A DNA stretch of 64,000 nt, taken from the NCBI GenBank assembly GCA_012295275.1, contig CM022665.1, positions 33,976,001 through 34,040,000 on the forward strand, read 5' to 3'. The notes under the pieces were generated by a model. The model was not told the origin of the DNA and did not search any database. It saw only the letters and a program-made list of their open reading frames with translations. The stretch is from Chrysomallon squamiferum (lineage: Eukaryota > Animalia > Mollusca). Shown piece by piece: positions 40,867 through 55,800 of the stretch (positions are counted from its first letter, which is position 1; every line of letters begins with the position of its first letter). The translations under genes and the position numbers were made by a program.

Positions 40867-42269
40867 GCTGGAACTAATGCAGGTCTACAAAATGTTTTAA
40901 TGTCCAAATAGTTCTGAAAATACCAAGTAAGGACAAACAACGGTCTAACAGAGAATGGATATTTAGTGTGTTGGTTGTGTGTGGAGAAATGACATTTATA
41001 ATTTATAATAACAAGGGAACCGTAAAATAATAAAAATGCACAAACAAATTCCAGTTATTTTATATATATTATTCATCATTTGTTTGTTGTTGTTTTCTTT
41101 TTTGGAGGTTATTATTATTATTATTATTATTTTTTTTTTTTTTTTTTTTTTTTGTGTGTGTCTTTGTTGGGTTGTTTTTTTCACATTGTCTGAGATTTGT
41201 TTTACCTTCAGACAGATCATTTATATTGATTAATAAATATATCAGCGTTCAGTAAATCAATGAGATAACAACATTCGGTGTGATTATAACAATATACTTA
41301 CTGCTGTTTTCATTTGAAACGACTAAAATAAAAATGTACAGTATATTTTATTTGTGTTTAATAAAAATGCTAACTTTTTATTAAGTAAAAATTATTCGTT
41401 ATTTATTTACTTATTTACTGATTTATTTTTGTTATTTTCATAAATCACAACTTAAAATAATAATAATAATAGAAAGAACAACAACAAAAACAGTGATGAT
41501 AATAATAATAATTATCATCATCATCGTCTTAATGACAAGAAATTAATAATACTGATATTTAATTATTATTTACTGTCATTATATAAGAGATATTTCAATC
41601 TGAAAATAAAATCGAGGTTTTTCTTTCTTTTTTCCCCCCAGTGTTACAGTGTTTTAATACTAAATCTGTATTTAATTAATTATGTAACACAGACCTCACA
41701 TTCAGTTCGTTACTGTGAAACGATCCCTGTATCTCCCATATTCTAGACTTGCGTAGTTCTATTTAGATACAAACAGCAAAGCTTAGCTTTGTGCAGGTAT
41801 TTCCTTACCTTCATGGATAATAAACTACTAGCGATTTGTGTAAGAAACGTATGTGTTCAGTCGGTGTGTTGTTCTGTCTGTGAAAGTTAATAGTGGGAGT
41901 TAGCGCTATCTACTTCCCTACTTTCGGGGCAGCGAGTTCATTTGGCTTGCGGCGCGATTCCAGCGTTGGACAGGTGCATGCGTTGCATTCATAATAAATC
42001 AAGCATAGCAAACAAGCGCGGGGTTCATGTCTTGCGGGTTGCTTTTTTTATGTGTAGCTCATATTATGTTTGTTGTTCCAGCGAGAGAAATGGAAAATAA
42101 ACAAAAGTATGTTACACATTTACGAAAGTCTGTTTCCCATTGAGAGTATCAAATACACTCTCCCGCACTCCCTTTTACTAATGCGTTCGGCATTTGCTAC
42201 ATCCAGTAGATTGTCTTTTGCCATGTGGCCGTGGTCAGAAATGAAATAAATATTTGACAATAATTACAA

Positions 42270-42600
42270 AATGCTGTTGTTCGGGCCGGCACGTGCAGAC
42301 CAGACGTTGAAAGGAACGCGAAAAACGCTGACGTCACGAACTCTTGTTTCCCGAGACAGTGACTCTAAATTACAGAGTTAAGTATTTGAGAATAAACAAC
42401 TGAAGAAGAAGAAGAAAAAATCTCTAGCTGTTATGATTTCGATATCGCTAGTGTTAAAAGTTCGCCACTCTTTCTCGGGTGAAGAGCTTACGAGTATCTC
42501 TCACTCCCACATGACAAAACTACCGACTGGCCACTAGGGCCGTAATCAACTCAGCACGCCTGCGCTCAAACAGCCAATGGCAGGTGAGTTTTCCTCTGAA
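42270..42600 (+). promoter_or_regulatory. Promoter/enhancer-like CpG-containing island
   Basis: CACGTG at 42290-42295, full CRE TGACGTCA at 42329-42336, AGCCAATGG (NF-Y box) at 42572-42580 and a consensus donor CAG|GTGAGT at 42581-42589. Confidence 0.35.
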
Positions 42601-45566
42601 AGACACTCTGGTGAAGTTCATTAACATACAGTAGGCTTAGAAGTCGAACAATCAAGTCAAGAGGAATTCAGTGGAAAGAAAAGTCTCCTGTATAACGTAA
42701 AGTGAATACATCCTATGGATTTGCAATTCCAAGCAGTACAATTAGCCGTGATCCGTGACGTTCGCCTTCGTCAGTCACTTGTCGTTTCTCTGGGGGAGGA
42801 GTCTAGGCGCAGGCAAATGAAAGACAACTAGAATAACATAAGAATGTTAAAGTGACACTGGATTTTACCTGCCGACACCTGGACAGTGATGCAGTACGCA
42901 CTACCACTAAAATATATCTCAAAAGAGTCGTCAGGATTTTTTATTCATTTGCTTGGATACGACGATATTCTAGATAGTGGTAAAGATACTTGTGGAAGCA
43001 CGCACCGATTGGAGAAAAATGCATTGTGATTTTGTTTGGATTTAAAAAGTATATATATCATAAATATATACGTAAAAATTTATATATACTGACGTATATA
43101 TTATTATTATTATTATTTTAAAATAAATATGTGAAAAAGCAGTTTTGAATGAGATCTTCAGTAATTATGACATCAGGATGAAAGAAAGATATTTATCTTA
43201 TATACATTTATTAAATAATATGTATTATTTTACGATATATAATAACAGTTAAAAGTTGAAGGGAATTTTTACATGTTAGCGGACCTATACAAATTTAATT
43301 CTGTTACAAAAATTTTGAAATCACAACACTTTCGTTTTAAATCAGCAGACGACAAGAAAAAGACACTATTTAATTCTGGGACAAAACAGGGACACGGACC
43401 GACCCAGGTCCGGAGTACTAATGGGCCGGTTGCTATAAGAAACAGCCCAGCCCAGGGAATTACTATTCATTAAACAAGTAAGTAACTATTTTTGTCAAAA
43501 TTTGGAAATCACTACTTTATTTAATTTTGTAGTCACGATATTATTGCTGGACGTTGTTATCATCGGTGTTGTTCCTCAGATGATGTGTGATTGTTCACAT
43601 CTATCAAGTATTTGATTGCGCGTCTATTGTTTGTCTAAATCAATTACCTTTTGTTTTTTGTGTTTTCAATTGCCCAACCTGTTGTAAAGTATGTCGCAGA
43701 GATTACAACCGAGTGGTATAAAGAAAGGTAGATCGTGTTGTTGGAATTTTTAAAAATCATATTTATAAATGCATGTATCTAAATAATAATAACAACAGTA
43801 ACAGCAACAACAACAACAACAACAACAATATACAGTATAATAATAATAATACTGTATATTATTATTACAAGACTAATTAGTAAAAAGAGAAACGATAAAC
43901 ATACAAGAACATGTAAAATATCGTGTATTAGGTATAGCTTGAGCAGTTTCCTGTATTATTATATATATTCCAATGCAATGAGATTGCTGTAAACTAAATG
44001 GTGTAATCAAGATCAGATGCTTCCTTCTGAGCGGAACAGCATTTTATTTCCTAAATATCACAATTATTAAAATAGCCGAGAGATCAGAGATCAAGAAAGA
44101 GATGGAAAGAGGCTAAAAGAGAAGCTCGCAAGAGAGATTATGAAGAAGAAAAAAAGTAATTACGTTATGTTTAAAATATTATGTTATTAATTATTAAAGA
44201 TATATTCATAAATAACATTAAGATCTATAAGCCAGTGATTATCAAGACAAAAGATCATGCATTATTAATATCGGCTGATACTGTTTTAACGAGTAAATTA
44301 TCGTATACTTTGTAATACTGTAAGAGACGTAAATAAATTAAATAATATTTTCTTTCCTTTTCTTACTTTTAATGAATATATATACCTATGTATACCAAGA
44401 TTAGGAATCAAGATTCAATGTCATTATGCTTTCTGTACTTAGTAAAATTTATATATAATTTAAAGCTAATATTATCACAGTTAAAGGATCAATAACAATG
44501 TTACTGTTACAAGGAAAAATATTTATAGACACACACACAAAGTATCTTATAGAACAAGACTTCTTTCAGGTTTTATATATACATATTTAGCCGATATCAA
44601 CTTACGCTGGTCTATAAATATTTTACGCGTCAGAGAGCTATCAAGTGCACAGTTGGGGAAAAAGCGGTAATTGGTGCGTTATGACCAGTGGCAACAGGTG
44701 TTGGGTAGATCTTACAGATCGCCGTATGCCCCACGGCAATAAAGCCATCACGCCCTCGGGACACCGGCCCGATGTGTTGTTCAGTTTAGAAGTTTCCCCT
44801 TTGGCGAACTGTGCTATCGCTGTAACTATGTGTTTGCCCATAAACCATAAATCACACATCTATTTACAAATCTGTTGCCTACTTTCGCTAACGGATGCAG
44901 GCGCTTCCCATGTAACATTGCAAAACTTGTTTGTTTTTCTTCACACACAACACGTTTATTACTAAAACCGGATCTTTAAAAATGATTACGAAAATTAATG
45001 TTGACGGGGGTTTTTGTTGTGTATTTTCTTCTTCTTCTTTTTTTAAAGATAAAATACAAAGTTAATTTTATATCACATTATTTTCGTTTAATTTGTTTGT
45101 TATAATCAAACGGTATTGTACTGAATAGGCCATATATAATTTAACTAGTTTGGTTATGATTGTGGTTATAAAATGATAAATACTTACAGACAGGACTCGA
45201 ATATGTATTTCATGTGTAACATTACACCTTTTCATATTTTATTTTAGCGTGCACTTATTATAACACATATATTTAATATAGCCATATTTATTCGTGACTA
45301 TCTCCGTAAAAAAACAAACAAAAAACTACTTTCAGTTTTTCGAAAATAGATTGAAAAGATAAATTATATTTTTAAAAACGAAAAAAAATCTGAACGGAAA
45401 GAAGTAACTGTCGTGAATATCAACAACACGATTCAAAATCGTGGCGTGAAGATAACACCGTTAACTGTGAAGGACCGCAAACAAACATCACAAGTGTTCT
45501 CGACAGTTATGACACACTTAGTGGTTTTCTCTCAACAGTTATCCCTTTGTCGAAAGACAACAAAAT

Positions 45567-45571
<5 letters not shown>

Positions 45572-45625
<54 letters not shown>
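45572..45625. repeat. (GA)n microsatellite
   Basis: Read directly from the sequence. Confidence 0.95.
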
Positions 45626-45628
<3 letters not shown>

Positions 45629-48600
45629 AATAAAAAATGCAAGCTTGAATACCCTTTTCAGTTACCTCTTCTTTGTTGCTTAATTTCCGCCGAAAATATT
45701 TCACGTCTGGAGAATCTTGAAGCTCACTTGACTCGTTGAGAAAATCCCCTTACCTCGGGGGTATCTTCAGTGATACCAACAAGCCTCTAACTGGGAGGTG
45801 CTGTATTGACAAGCAAAGCGTTCGACTGCACACTGGAAAGGAATGTAGCTCTAATCGATGTTGTAAGTTCAAATATGTGGATCTATCTTCGCCTAGTATT
45901 TCTCCCACCCACAAGTAGTTTTGTAAAACTTCCGTGGCATGTTCCACGTTGTTCTATTTGTGGTGCATATAATTAACAGCATTTACCTCTCTATTGAAGA
46001 ATGTACTCCTGAGTCATTTGTTTTAGGTTTTTTCTTTTTCGTCTGTGCATATATCATTTGGCTAATTTCTGTGGAAGAAATAACAGTTTAAAACATGTAG
46101 TTGTTTGTTTGATGTACAGTTATAAAAATGTCATCAACAACAAGAAAAAATAATAATAATAAATAAATAAATAAAAATAAATAAAAACAATTTGTAAGTA
46201 TGAAAGTATTTTATCTGAAATATTATTAATAAAGGTTGTTTACATATTTGCCATTTAATCAAAAACATGATGTACATTTAATAGTAAATTTATCCGGTTT
46301 AAGATACCACATCCGCTTATCGCTTTATTCTTTATACGGTAGAGGATGTATAAAATAAATATAGCGCAGTCTAATCTATGTTACTCTAACTAGCTGCCCT
46401 GATAAATGATAATATTAAAAATTAATGATAATATTAGGGGGGAAAATTTATGAAATATATCCTGACAATACATGTCCATAAATTAAAATGCTAACATTTA
46501 TATTTACATAAATAAAAGCTCTATATTGGGATATATACTTACACACACAGAAGTCTTGATTTATATACGGTGCTCGTAAACAAACGCACACAAACAAAAA
46601 GCGAAGAAGAAAAGAATCTACAGTTACAGTCTATATTTTTATAGAAGATACACGAAGATAAAACTTTTTACTACTAGTTTTAAGGTACTTGTCTGTAAGC
46701 GCAAGACGTAATTTTCTACTCGTCCTCATGTACATGTGCATATTCACCAAAAAAACTGAATAATGATTAAGTTAGTAGATTCGGCTCTTATTGAATTTTC
46801 ATATCTCCGATACTCAGGATAACGAGGCCTCTCCTGTAAATAATATTTGATCCACGCCTACATCTATAATTTTCTTTCCTAAAAGTCCTTGACACGCTTC
46901 TTCTTTTTTTTTATTTTGTTGTTGTTAAATCTTCATACTCCCACACGCAGTCACAGTAGATTACTTGCAATATTACACAACCTGCAACAGACTAGTTTCA
47001 TATCTTATTACTGAAGAACACACAATTATAAGTGTATATTTTTCCTTCTTTATTAGTGTATTTGTTTTTGTTTAAAAATAAAAAGTATAATATAATTATG
47101 TCATTATTTCTTTAAAACTTTTCAAAATAAAATTCTGACAACAACCACCATGTATACAACGCCTCCAGTATTTGTAATCCCTGAGCTGGCAGACATGTTT
47201 AATAATACACTATTTTTCCAAACGCATACTCTTAGTTTAAACCCTTTGACAGATTTTACATTCATTATTATATTTAGTTTTCATTCCCAATTTGTACATA
47301 TTATGATTCTGCAGTGAGATCGCCGTCGAGGACACACCACGGGTAGCTGACAGCTGTAGCGAATTATGAACGATAAAAAGCAGGCGTTTAAACGGCGTCA
47401 TTCAACTGTTTCTCCATATCGGGTCGCCATCTAACGTCTTGCACAGAAGCAGTCAAACGCGCCAGATCGTATCTCGGCTCAAAATGCGTCTTCAAAAAGC
47501 TAAAATTTGTTTTATGTCAAGTGCACCTACATGCCTAACTTTTTTTAAACTTTTTTTCTTTCTTTCCTTATTATTTTTTGTTCCTGCTAAAGCTCTGATG
47601 TGTTTTGTATTTGTATGTATGTGTATGTGCGCGCGTGCATGCATGTACACATTTATATAATCGCTATTCGATATCTTCCCGATAAACCATAAAAAACGTT
47701 CTCAAATTTTGTTTTGAAAAACAACTACTACATGCATGCATATGTTCCAGTAATATCAGATTCGAAGCGAGCTTTCTTTTCTCTCTATTTAAAAAAAAAT
47801 AAAATAAAAATAAATAAATAAATAAAAAACTGAAGACAAGACAGAAAAAAAGAGAAAAGAAAATGTAATATAAGACACAAATGAAGATGTAACCGAGTAC
47901 AGAGAAGACACACAACACTCAGGGAAGTGTCTTTGTTGTGCAGCGTACCGTAAAATTTCTCACTTCTGAACGTCCCTCTCACGTTGTTGAAGTCTATCAA
48001 CAGATAATATCGTTTTATTTGTGTCCCCTTAAGAAAAAAAGAAAGAGAGAAACAAAAAACAAAAAAGAGGCTAGAAAGAAGGAAAACAAAAAACATTTTG
48101 TGCCAGGCCGTTCGTGAATACTATTCATCAAGTAGAAGAAATAAGCAGTCGGTGAAGTGTCTAAAACAAACAAACAAATAAATAATTTAAAAACCCAAAC
48201 CAAAGACTACTATTGATTAAAAGCTTTTCACTCGGTAGTTATTTTGAAATTAAGAAGTTTTATGGTTTTTATAAACATATAGATATCACAGTCGTTAATA
48301 TGCGTCATAATATTTTTGGTTTGTTTTTGTTTGGTTCTTTCCAGATTATTATTGTTATTAGTCTTTTTTCTTTTTTTTTAATGTTAGAAACAATATTAAA
48401 ATAAACCAGTAACGTTTGTTAGATCATCACAGTGTCAGTAATGACCTAAAATATTAACTAAATTATAAAAATATTTATTCACACACACACACACACACAC
48501 ACTATTCGAAACGTGAATTCTACTCAGGAACACCACGTGGTTTTATTACGATCTGTAACCAGTTCATTGGAGGTAAACTAATTTAATAAAAGATTTCTTT

Positions 48601-49592
48601 GGTTGTGGTTTGATCGTTCGACATCTTCTTTTAATATCAGAACGGCGGATAATCTAATGGGGACTCGTCATAAAACAAATTACAGCTTAGCACTTTATGA
48701 ACGTTCTTTCTTCTTTTCTTTTTTGTATGTGTGAGGTTTTTTGTTTTGTTTGTTGTTACGTGTTTTTTTTGTGTTTTTTTTAGGGGGGGTTCAAACCAGC
48801 AGCTAGATTTTCTTGTTTGACAGTTGGTCGGTTTTCGGCCGATAGAGAGGAAGCCAGGATGAGGTGGCATTGTTTGCTTTTGTCATTAAGTTTAGATTAG
48901 TAGCCATTACCTTGATCCACACAAACACGTATAATTTGTTTTCAATAGTTAGGTCAGATTACAGGTTTGATGAGCTCATCTCAAAGGCAGACTTCAGCTG
49001 ATTAGTGTTATGAGGCAGGCCACAATAATTAGCCCTCATTATAGCCAGGTTATTCCTTATCATAACACAATCGTGTGCCAGTAATTGGGTTTATTGTCAA
49101 ACTGTTTGCCACTTCGCTTTGACCTTTACTCATCCACCTTTCCCCACCGTGTGATCCCCTACCGAGGTGAGAGGGTTAAATTGTCACTGACGGTGGCACG
49201 CTAGCGAGTTAGAGGGAGAAAGTCTTTGTGATGCGGCCGCCTTGACCAAGACAAACTACCGGTAAAGGCGCGAAAACAAAACAATCGCCACTACGCAGGA
49301 TCACAATATTAGAAAGACATTTTAAAAAATGTATGTATTTATTTTTTTTATTTTTCGCTTCATGAAAAAATAGTCAGATGAGTTCCACATAATACTTGTA
49401 AAAAAACTGTTACTTTGCACGCCTTTGATGATGTTGATGGTGATGGTCCAATGATGATTACAAAATAAACCACTTTATTTCATTTTAAATCTTTGTAATC
49501 TATCTTATTTTCTTGTTTCTTTTAGTGATTTATAAATATGTTCATCTTAAAGCTGTATCAACACTTACAATTTTTTATTTATTTATTTATTA

Positions 49593-49623
<31 letters not shown>

Positions 49624-52600
49624 TTTTTTGAAATAGCATTATTTTGTTCATTAGTGTCATTGCACTGATACATTTATTTTCTGTGATACGTCATTTAAAA
49701 TCGAGACAAAGGAAACAGACGAACTCGGCCACTTTTGTAAATTAAATTGTGCTTCTCGTTTTCCCTCGTATATTTAGCTACAATATAGGAAACCAAATAG
49801 TGATATAAAATACGATAATTAGCCAGAGTACAGAAGTGAAAATAAAAGAAAGAACAATGGTCTAAATATTTATGAAATATCGATTGAAACGCATTAAGAT
49901 TTCGTGATTGGAACAAATAAATCACTGCAAAAATCTGGAATACCTTTCCATTGTCATGGCAACAAGTAATAAAAATTACAAAGGCTCACTTGCTAATAGT
50001 TTAAAGCGGACATTTATTTTTCTTCCTTTCTTTCTTTTCTTTTGAGAAACAAACTAAATGTATATTTGTTTTCTAAAATTTAATGCAGTCAAAAAAGAAG
50101 AGAGAGAGAGCCCAGAGATACGAACATACGTGCTCCTAAAATAAATATGAAAACAGACAGAATCCTTTACTCTTTCTTTATTTATTATTACTGTTATTAT
50201 TATTATTATTCGTTTTGTTATTTCTTTTTTCCTTTATTACTTCTATAGTTTATATTTATTTAAAGATTATTCTAAGCCGAAATGTTCAAACGTAATAAAT
50301 TACATTACACTGCGCTGCAGCAATATTTAAATATAGGTATTTGAAAGATTTGAATCTGTTTTCAATAATCGGACAAATTAGGGAAGAGAAGATAAGAATT
50401 ATGTGTATATAATTTCTAATGTTGTTAATATTGTTACAAACACAAACAATACAAAGGACGAGGAAGGGAAATATAATTATTGTATATGTTATGAAAAACA
50501 TCCACTTAATCCATTAGAGAAAAAAGAACCATAGAATATATCTTAATAGAAGAACAAACAAAAAAACAACCACTTTATTTTAAATTTAAAATAATTTTTT
50601 TTTCTTCTATTACAGTTGTCTAAACATAGACTGTTTCTTTGTGCACCCGCATGTACAAACCACCCTGTAAAGCACCAGAACACATCGCGAGCAAAGACTT
50701 GTCAGGGGATGTAAAACTATCTCTCCTACAACCGTAACCAGAGTTAGATTTATTTCATTTAAATCTTTTACATCACAGGCACAAATCCTAACATCATCTG
50801 TGTTAAAATATGATTTACTTGTTTATCTTGCCGCAACCCGATTCGAAATAACGAAACTCGAGCACTCGTCCGTGTTCTAATTATTTTATTGCGTTGTATA
50901 ATATTATTTCTTTTATTCTTTCTGCGGTTCAAGCGTTTCTTCTTGTAAATAGTTTAATATAATAAATAATGTTTAATTACTTGCACGCTTCTAGGAATGT
51001 GACACGGTAGATTTATGGTATAGACATACGCGGGGCTACAGTTATGTGTATACGGCTATAAGCGGACTTGTTTTCGCTGAGCTTCTTGTGTGTGCAGGGG
51101 GTAGAGAGGAGCGTCGCCGCTACCCAGACGCCGTGGTGCCGAACATACTGAATATAAACTGAGCAGACAGAGATACTCAAGATTTTTTTTTTTTTTTTTT
51201 TCGGGCTTCCATTGAAATGAAAAAATAGAATGAGTAGAGGGAGAGAGAGACAGTAAAAAAATAAAAATGATAGATTTAATTTAAAGATAGGGAGAGTATT
51301 TTTCTTGAATTCATTTAGGTTTTTCTTCTTTCTTTTTTTTAATTATTATTATTAAATTAATTAATTATTTTTATTTTATTTATTTCTAAAATGCATAATG
51401 TCATGAAGGAGAGAAAAAAAAAACAACAAATGGGCATCATTAATTTGAAACTGGTACATAAATTTCCAAAGAAAATAATTTAATATGCCAAAAGGCAATA
51501 ATTTCTATTACTGATATATCGGATGATTATACTGATTGTTAACGTGGTATTAAAAATGCCACTGTTCTTTTATTCTTTCTTTCTTTTTTTTTGTTTTTTT
51601 TTTTTCCTTTTTTCCTTTTTTCTTTTTCATTAACAGAACATATATTTTAAAGTTAAAGATAATTTGAAAAATCTAAAACGTTTACAGTTGTTAATGGAAA
51701 AAAATTTAAAAGAAATTATTCTTATTGTGATGTAGTTAACTTCTAAATAAATATTTTAAAAATCTACAAAAAGCAACATTAGTCTAGTTAATATAAAATT
51801 TAAAACAAAATTAATATCTTGTAACATCTAAATTTTAATTGTCTTTAATTATATATTTATTCAAGCGAAAGAAATGAAAAAAACAAAACAAAGATGGCTT
51901 ATTCGACATAATGTGTTAATTTCTCAGGAATGTCAAAAAGTAAAATTTTAATATATTAAAATAGCATTAAAATATATATAATAATAAAATAGTATTTTAA
52001 AAAGATTATATATATATAATTTTGACAATAATGTTATTTATATTTATTTATTTATTATTTTTATATTTTTTATTAGTAGTATTTTTTAAATTATTATTAG
52101 TAGTAGTATTTTAAATAAATTGTAGTTTTGAAATATCATTAATTTATATATATAAACATTTAAAATTACAATTTTACAAATAATAAAAGCTTTCTAAATT
52201 GTGGATCAAAAACCAATAACAGGATAGGAATTAAAAATACTTTGAATACTACCAGAAATATATTCTCTTATTTAACATTAGAACTATCAAATTCGCTGTG
52301 AGATTTTAATTCATATAGAGATAATTATTTGTTTTAAAAAAAAATAAACAATATATCAGTTCATCGACATCCCAGCAAAATGAAACATAGTCTTACAAAT
52401 TAAGTAAAATTTTAATATATTAACAATACTTTTGCATCTAAAATAGATTACAGCTGTGAAAAAATAGTATTATATTTGAGTATCGGTAATTCTCAGCACT
52501 AGGAGCATTAGGGTTTTACATATTCTCTTTAGGTGAACGCAAAAATATCAATATTCTTTCTCATTATATATGATGACAATATTTAGTCTTATCCATTTAC

Positions 52601-54143
52601 TTAAATTCTTCACAAACGTATCATACAGAGATTAAAAGTGTATTTCACATGTGTGAGTGTGTGTGTGTATAGTCAGCTTTAAATTATATAATAACAATGT
52701 ATGGCGTAATTATTCTATTAGCATAAAATAATATTTTCATTATATAAATATAATTTTTTTAAAGTGTCTTTCTTGTTTGAAAATTAATATATATCCGCGA
52801 CAAAATTCGTTAAATTAAAGAAATACTCTTTGATAATTTTACAAGACCCCATCATAAAACCAAATAATATCATCTTATAAAGTAATATATGATAAATCTT
52901 ATAAGCGCAAAACTTAATGTTATTTAAATTATGATTATTATTATTATTATTAATGCATACAGAAATGCATTATATATTTTATCGACTGCATTATAAAGTA
53001 CTGTACATTATTTTACGACATCTAAAAATAGATAAATATATAATAAATATAAATTTTAAAAATTAATAATAATAACAACAACAATAATAATATATTGAAT
53101 AAATGAATACAATATATATTTTATCGATTACCTTATAAAGTATTTCATGACACCCCATCCCTAAGAATGATATTGAGTGAAGAAGTTCAAGGACGAGAAT
53201 GATGAAATGACCAACGGACATTAAAGTGTTTAAATACTCAGCAGTCGTGGACTGTTTGTTTAGCACAGGTCGACATCTTCACCGACTCCGACTCTGACCA
53301 AAACATGGCCAAATAAACATATGCTTCACCTTTGATCACGGCTACGGTAATGCTAGAACGGCAAAAGGGCATAAAATTACATAGTAAATACATGTATACA
53401 GTCCGAGATCTAAACATTTACATTTAGAGTGGTATGTCTTTAACAAACACGCATTGACTTGTGAATTTTGTAAATGCTTTGAAAATATACCAAATATGGT
53501 AAATCAAATGAAAAAAGAAAAAGAAGAGAAAAAAGAAAGAAAAGTATTTGTACTAAAATATGTGATGACAAAATGTTTTATATAAGAATAATTCGCTGCG
53601 ATGAAAAGTAAGAAACAGTGATATAATATACATTTATTACGTATTATATGTTTCTTCTTAGTATTTTGTTTTATTTTAAACAGTGTTTTTACTCTATCCC
53701 TCCGACACATAATATTTATAATAAGCAGTCCGTGTAGGTGTGTATTAAAAGGAGAAAAGATCATGTAAAAATTCTGAGGTAACACATAGTGAGTATATGG
53801 CATACTCTTATATAAAAAAATGCATATCTATTACATACGATACATTCACATTTAATTTAACTTGGTGTAGAAAAAAAAATAAAACATGAAAGAAAAAAGA
53901 AAACAAACCAAAAAACGATAGACTACCCTTGTCAACCTTTTTAATATTCGAAGCCTTTTTTTGATCTTACATTTTCGTGTTTGAATATCACGTGGGGGTA
54001 ACTCAAGAAACCGCAGACATATTTGAAATATCGTATATCTAAATTAAACACAGTCAAATGAATACTTACCAATCCTAATTCACATTACAGTTTGATCAAA
54101 CCAGACATCCTTGCGCCAGTCTTACGCACCCAGTAAAATAAAA

Positions 54144-54183
54144 CGTTACTAATTTATTACTCAGTAGTAATAAATTAGTAACG
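54144..54183. repeat. Perfect 18-bp inverted repeat with 4-nt spacer
   Basis: CGTTACTAATTTATTACT-CAGT-AGTAATAAATTAGTAACG. Confidence 0.95.
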
Positions 54184-55399
54184 GTCAGTGCATGGCGACT
54201 ATTTATTTTTATTTTTTATTATTATTTTTTTTTTTTTTTTTTTTTTTTTTAAACCTTGTTATAAAAGCAAATAAAACAATAATTTTGTAATTTAAATTTT
54301 ATTGAAAGGTTTACGGTGTATCTAATTTCTCTAAAGGGTGGTCAAACGGTTTTACCAATGCTGTAAGACTATTACACGCGCGTTACTTTAGACCATAAAA
54401 ATTCGTGTGTTCAAACGTGGGAGTATCGTTTCGCGTTTCCCAAACACAGAATGCACAGACATAGATCTTTTGTTTGCGCTGATACTATCTGCAGTCTGTT
54501 GTATTTCATGGTACTTGGTTTACAGACGTATCTTTCTGAGGTTAGATCACCCAGAGATTGCCTTTCTTAACTTCGCCCGCCATTTTCCAGCAAAATGAAA
54601 ATATATAACCTCCCTTGTCTGACATCACGTGTTTTTAAATGCTTGACTTTCTTCTAATTATTATTTATAGTCTTGTTCAGATTTTGTAAATTTGTTTGTT
54701 TGTTTGTTGTTTCCATCATTATTATTATTATTATTATTATTAAAGTAGTGGTAGTAGTAGGAATAATAGTAGCAGTTGTAATAATACTAATGATAGTAGT
54801 AGTAGTTTTTGTTATTCTGTCTCTTCGTCTTCGTCTCACTTTCTGTTAATTATATTAATCTGAAAAATATATTCTCGGATATTTTCTTGCATTAAGGGGG
54901 AGATATATTTTAACTTTTTAATACAAAATATTACACTGAAAACAATAATATCTTTGAACATTGTTTTGATTCCATTTTTAACGGACAAATCACTTCGATC
55001 AGACAAAAGATTAGTTCTCAGTTTTTAGTCTTATTCTGAATCAATCTAAAACGAAAAATACATCAACAATAATAATCTGTAAAACTAACTGAATAGAATA
55101 TAATATAATTTTTAACAAATATATAACTTAAGTTTAATTATGTAATTATCACAAATTGCATATGTGAATTATAATAACATTACAATTATTATTGTTGTTG
55201 TTGTCGTCGTTGTTATTACTGTCGTTGTTATTATTACTGGTGGTGGTGGTAGTAGTAATAATAATGATACATAGAACTGTTTGTACTATTATTTGTATTA
55301 CACTACTACTTATGCTTTTGGAAGAAGATATTTAGTTTTTGAGGAAATATAACCACTAAAGTCTTTTTGTATCAAATGACGGTTTTTATTATTTATCTT

Positions 55400-55800
55400 T
55401 TCCCATATCTATCCTGTATTATTCTTCTCTATTTTCTTTTTTTCTCAGGCGTTTTTACCACCCTGGAAGTTATGTTCAAACTACTGGGGGTATTTTTTCC
55501 ACGTTATTTCATACACGTTAATCTTCTCATAACGTTAAGGTTATTTTTTAATCCGTCTTAATAAGCAGGTGTTTAATTTTCTTTAAAAAATTATTTACTG
55601 ATGGTCAAAGGTTTTTGGTTTTCTGAGGGTGCTTTGGCCAACAGCTACTTTGTTTATTAAATAACAGTCTTCATTACTTGATATCTTCGTAGGATTATTC
55701 TCCATATATTTTCTTCTTCTTCTTTCTTTAGCTTTTACGACCCTGGAGGTTCTACTGGGGGTCCTTTTCCGCATCGGTTCTTATACGTTAAGCTTCCATT
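55400..55800. repeat. Diverged direct duplication (about 280-bp offset)
   Basis: TTTTACCACCCTGGAAGTT...CTACTGGGGGTATTTTTTCCAC...CACGTTAATCTTC (about 55453-55526) versus TTTTACGACCCTGGAGGTTCTACTGGGGGTCCTTTTCCGC...TACGTTAAGCTTC (about 55733-55796). Confidence 0.8.

Noticed and set aside
41995-42050. Weak hairpin followed by T7, resembling a Pol III ncRNA end
   Set aside because: The stem is poor, there are no A/B boxes or recognisable snRNA/SRP/7SK sequence, and T-runs are ubiquitous here.
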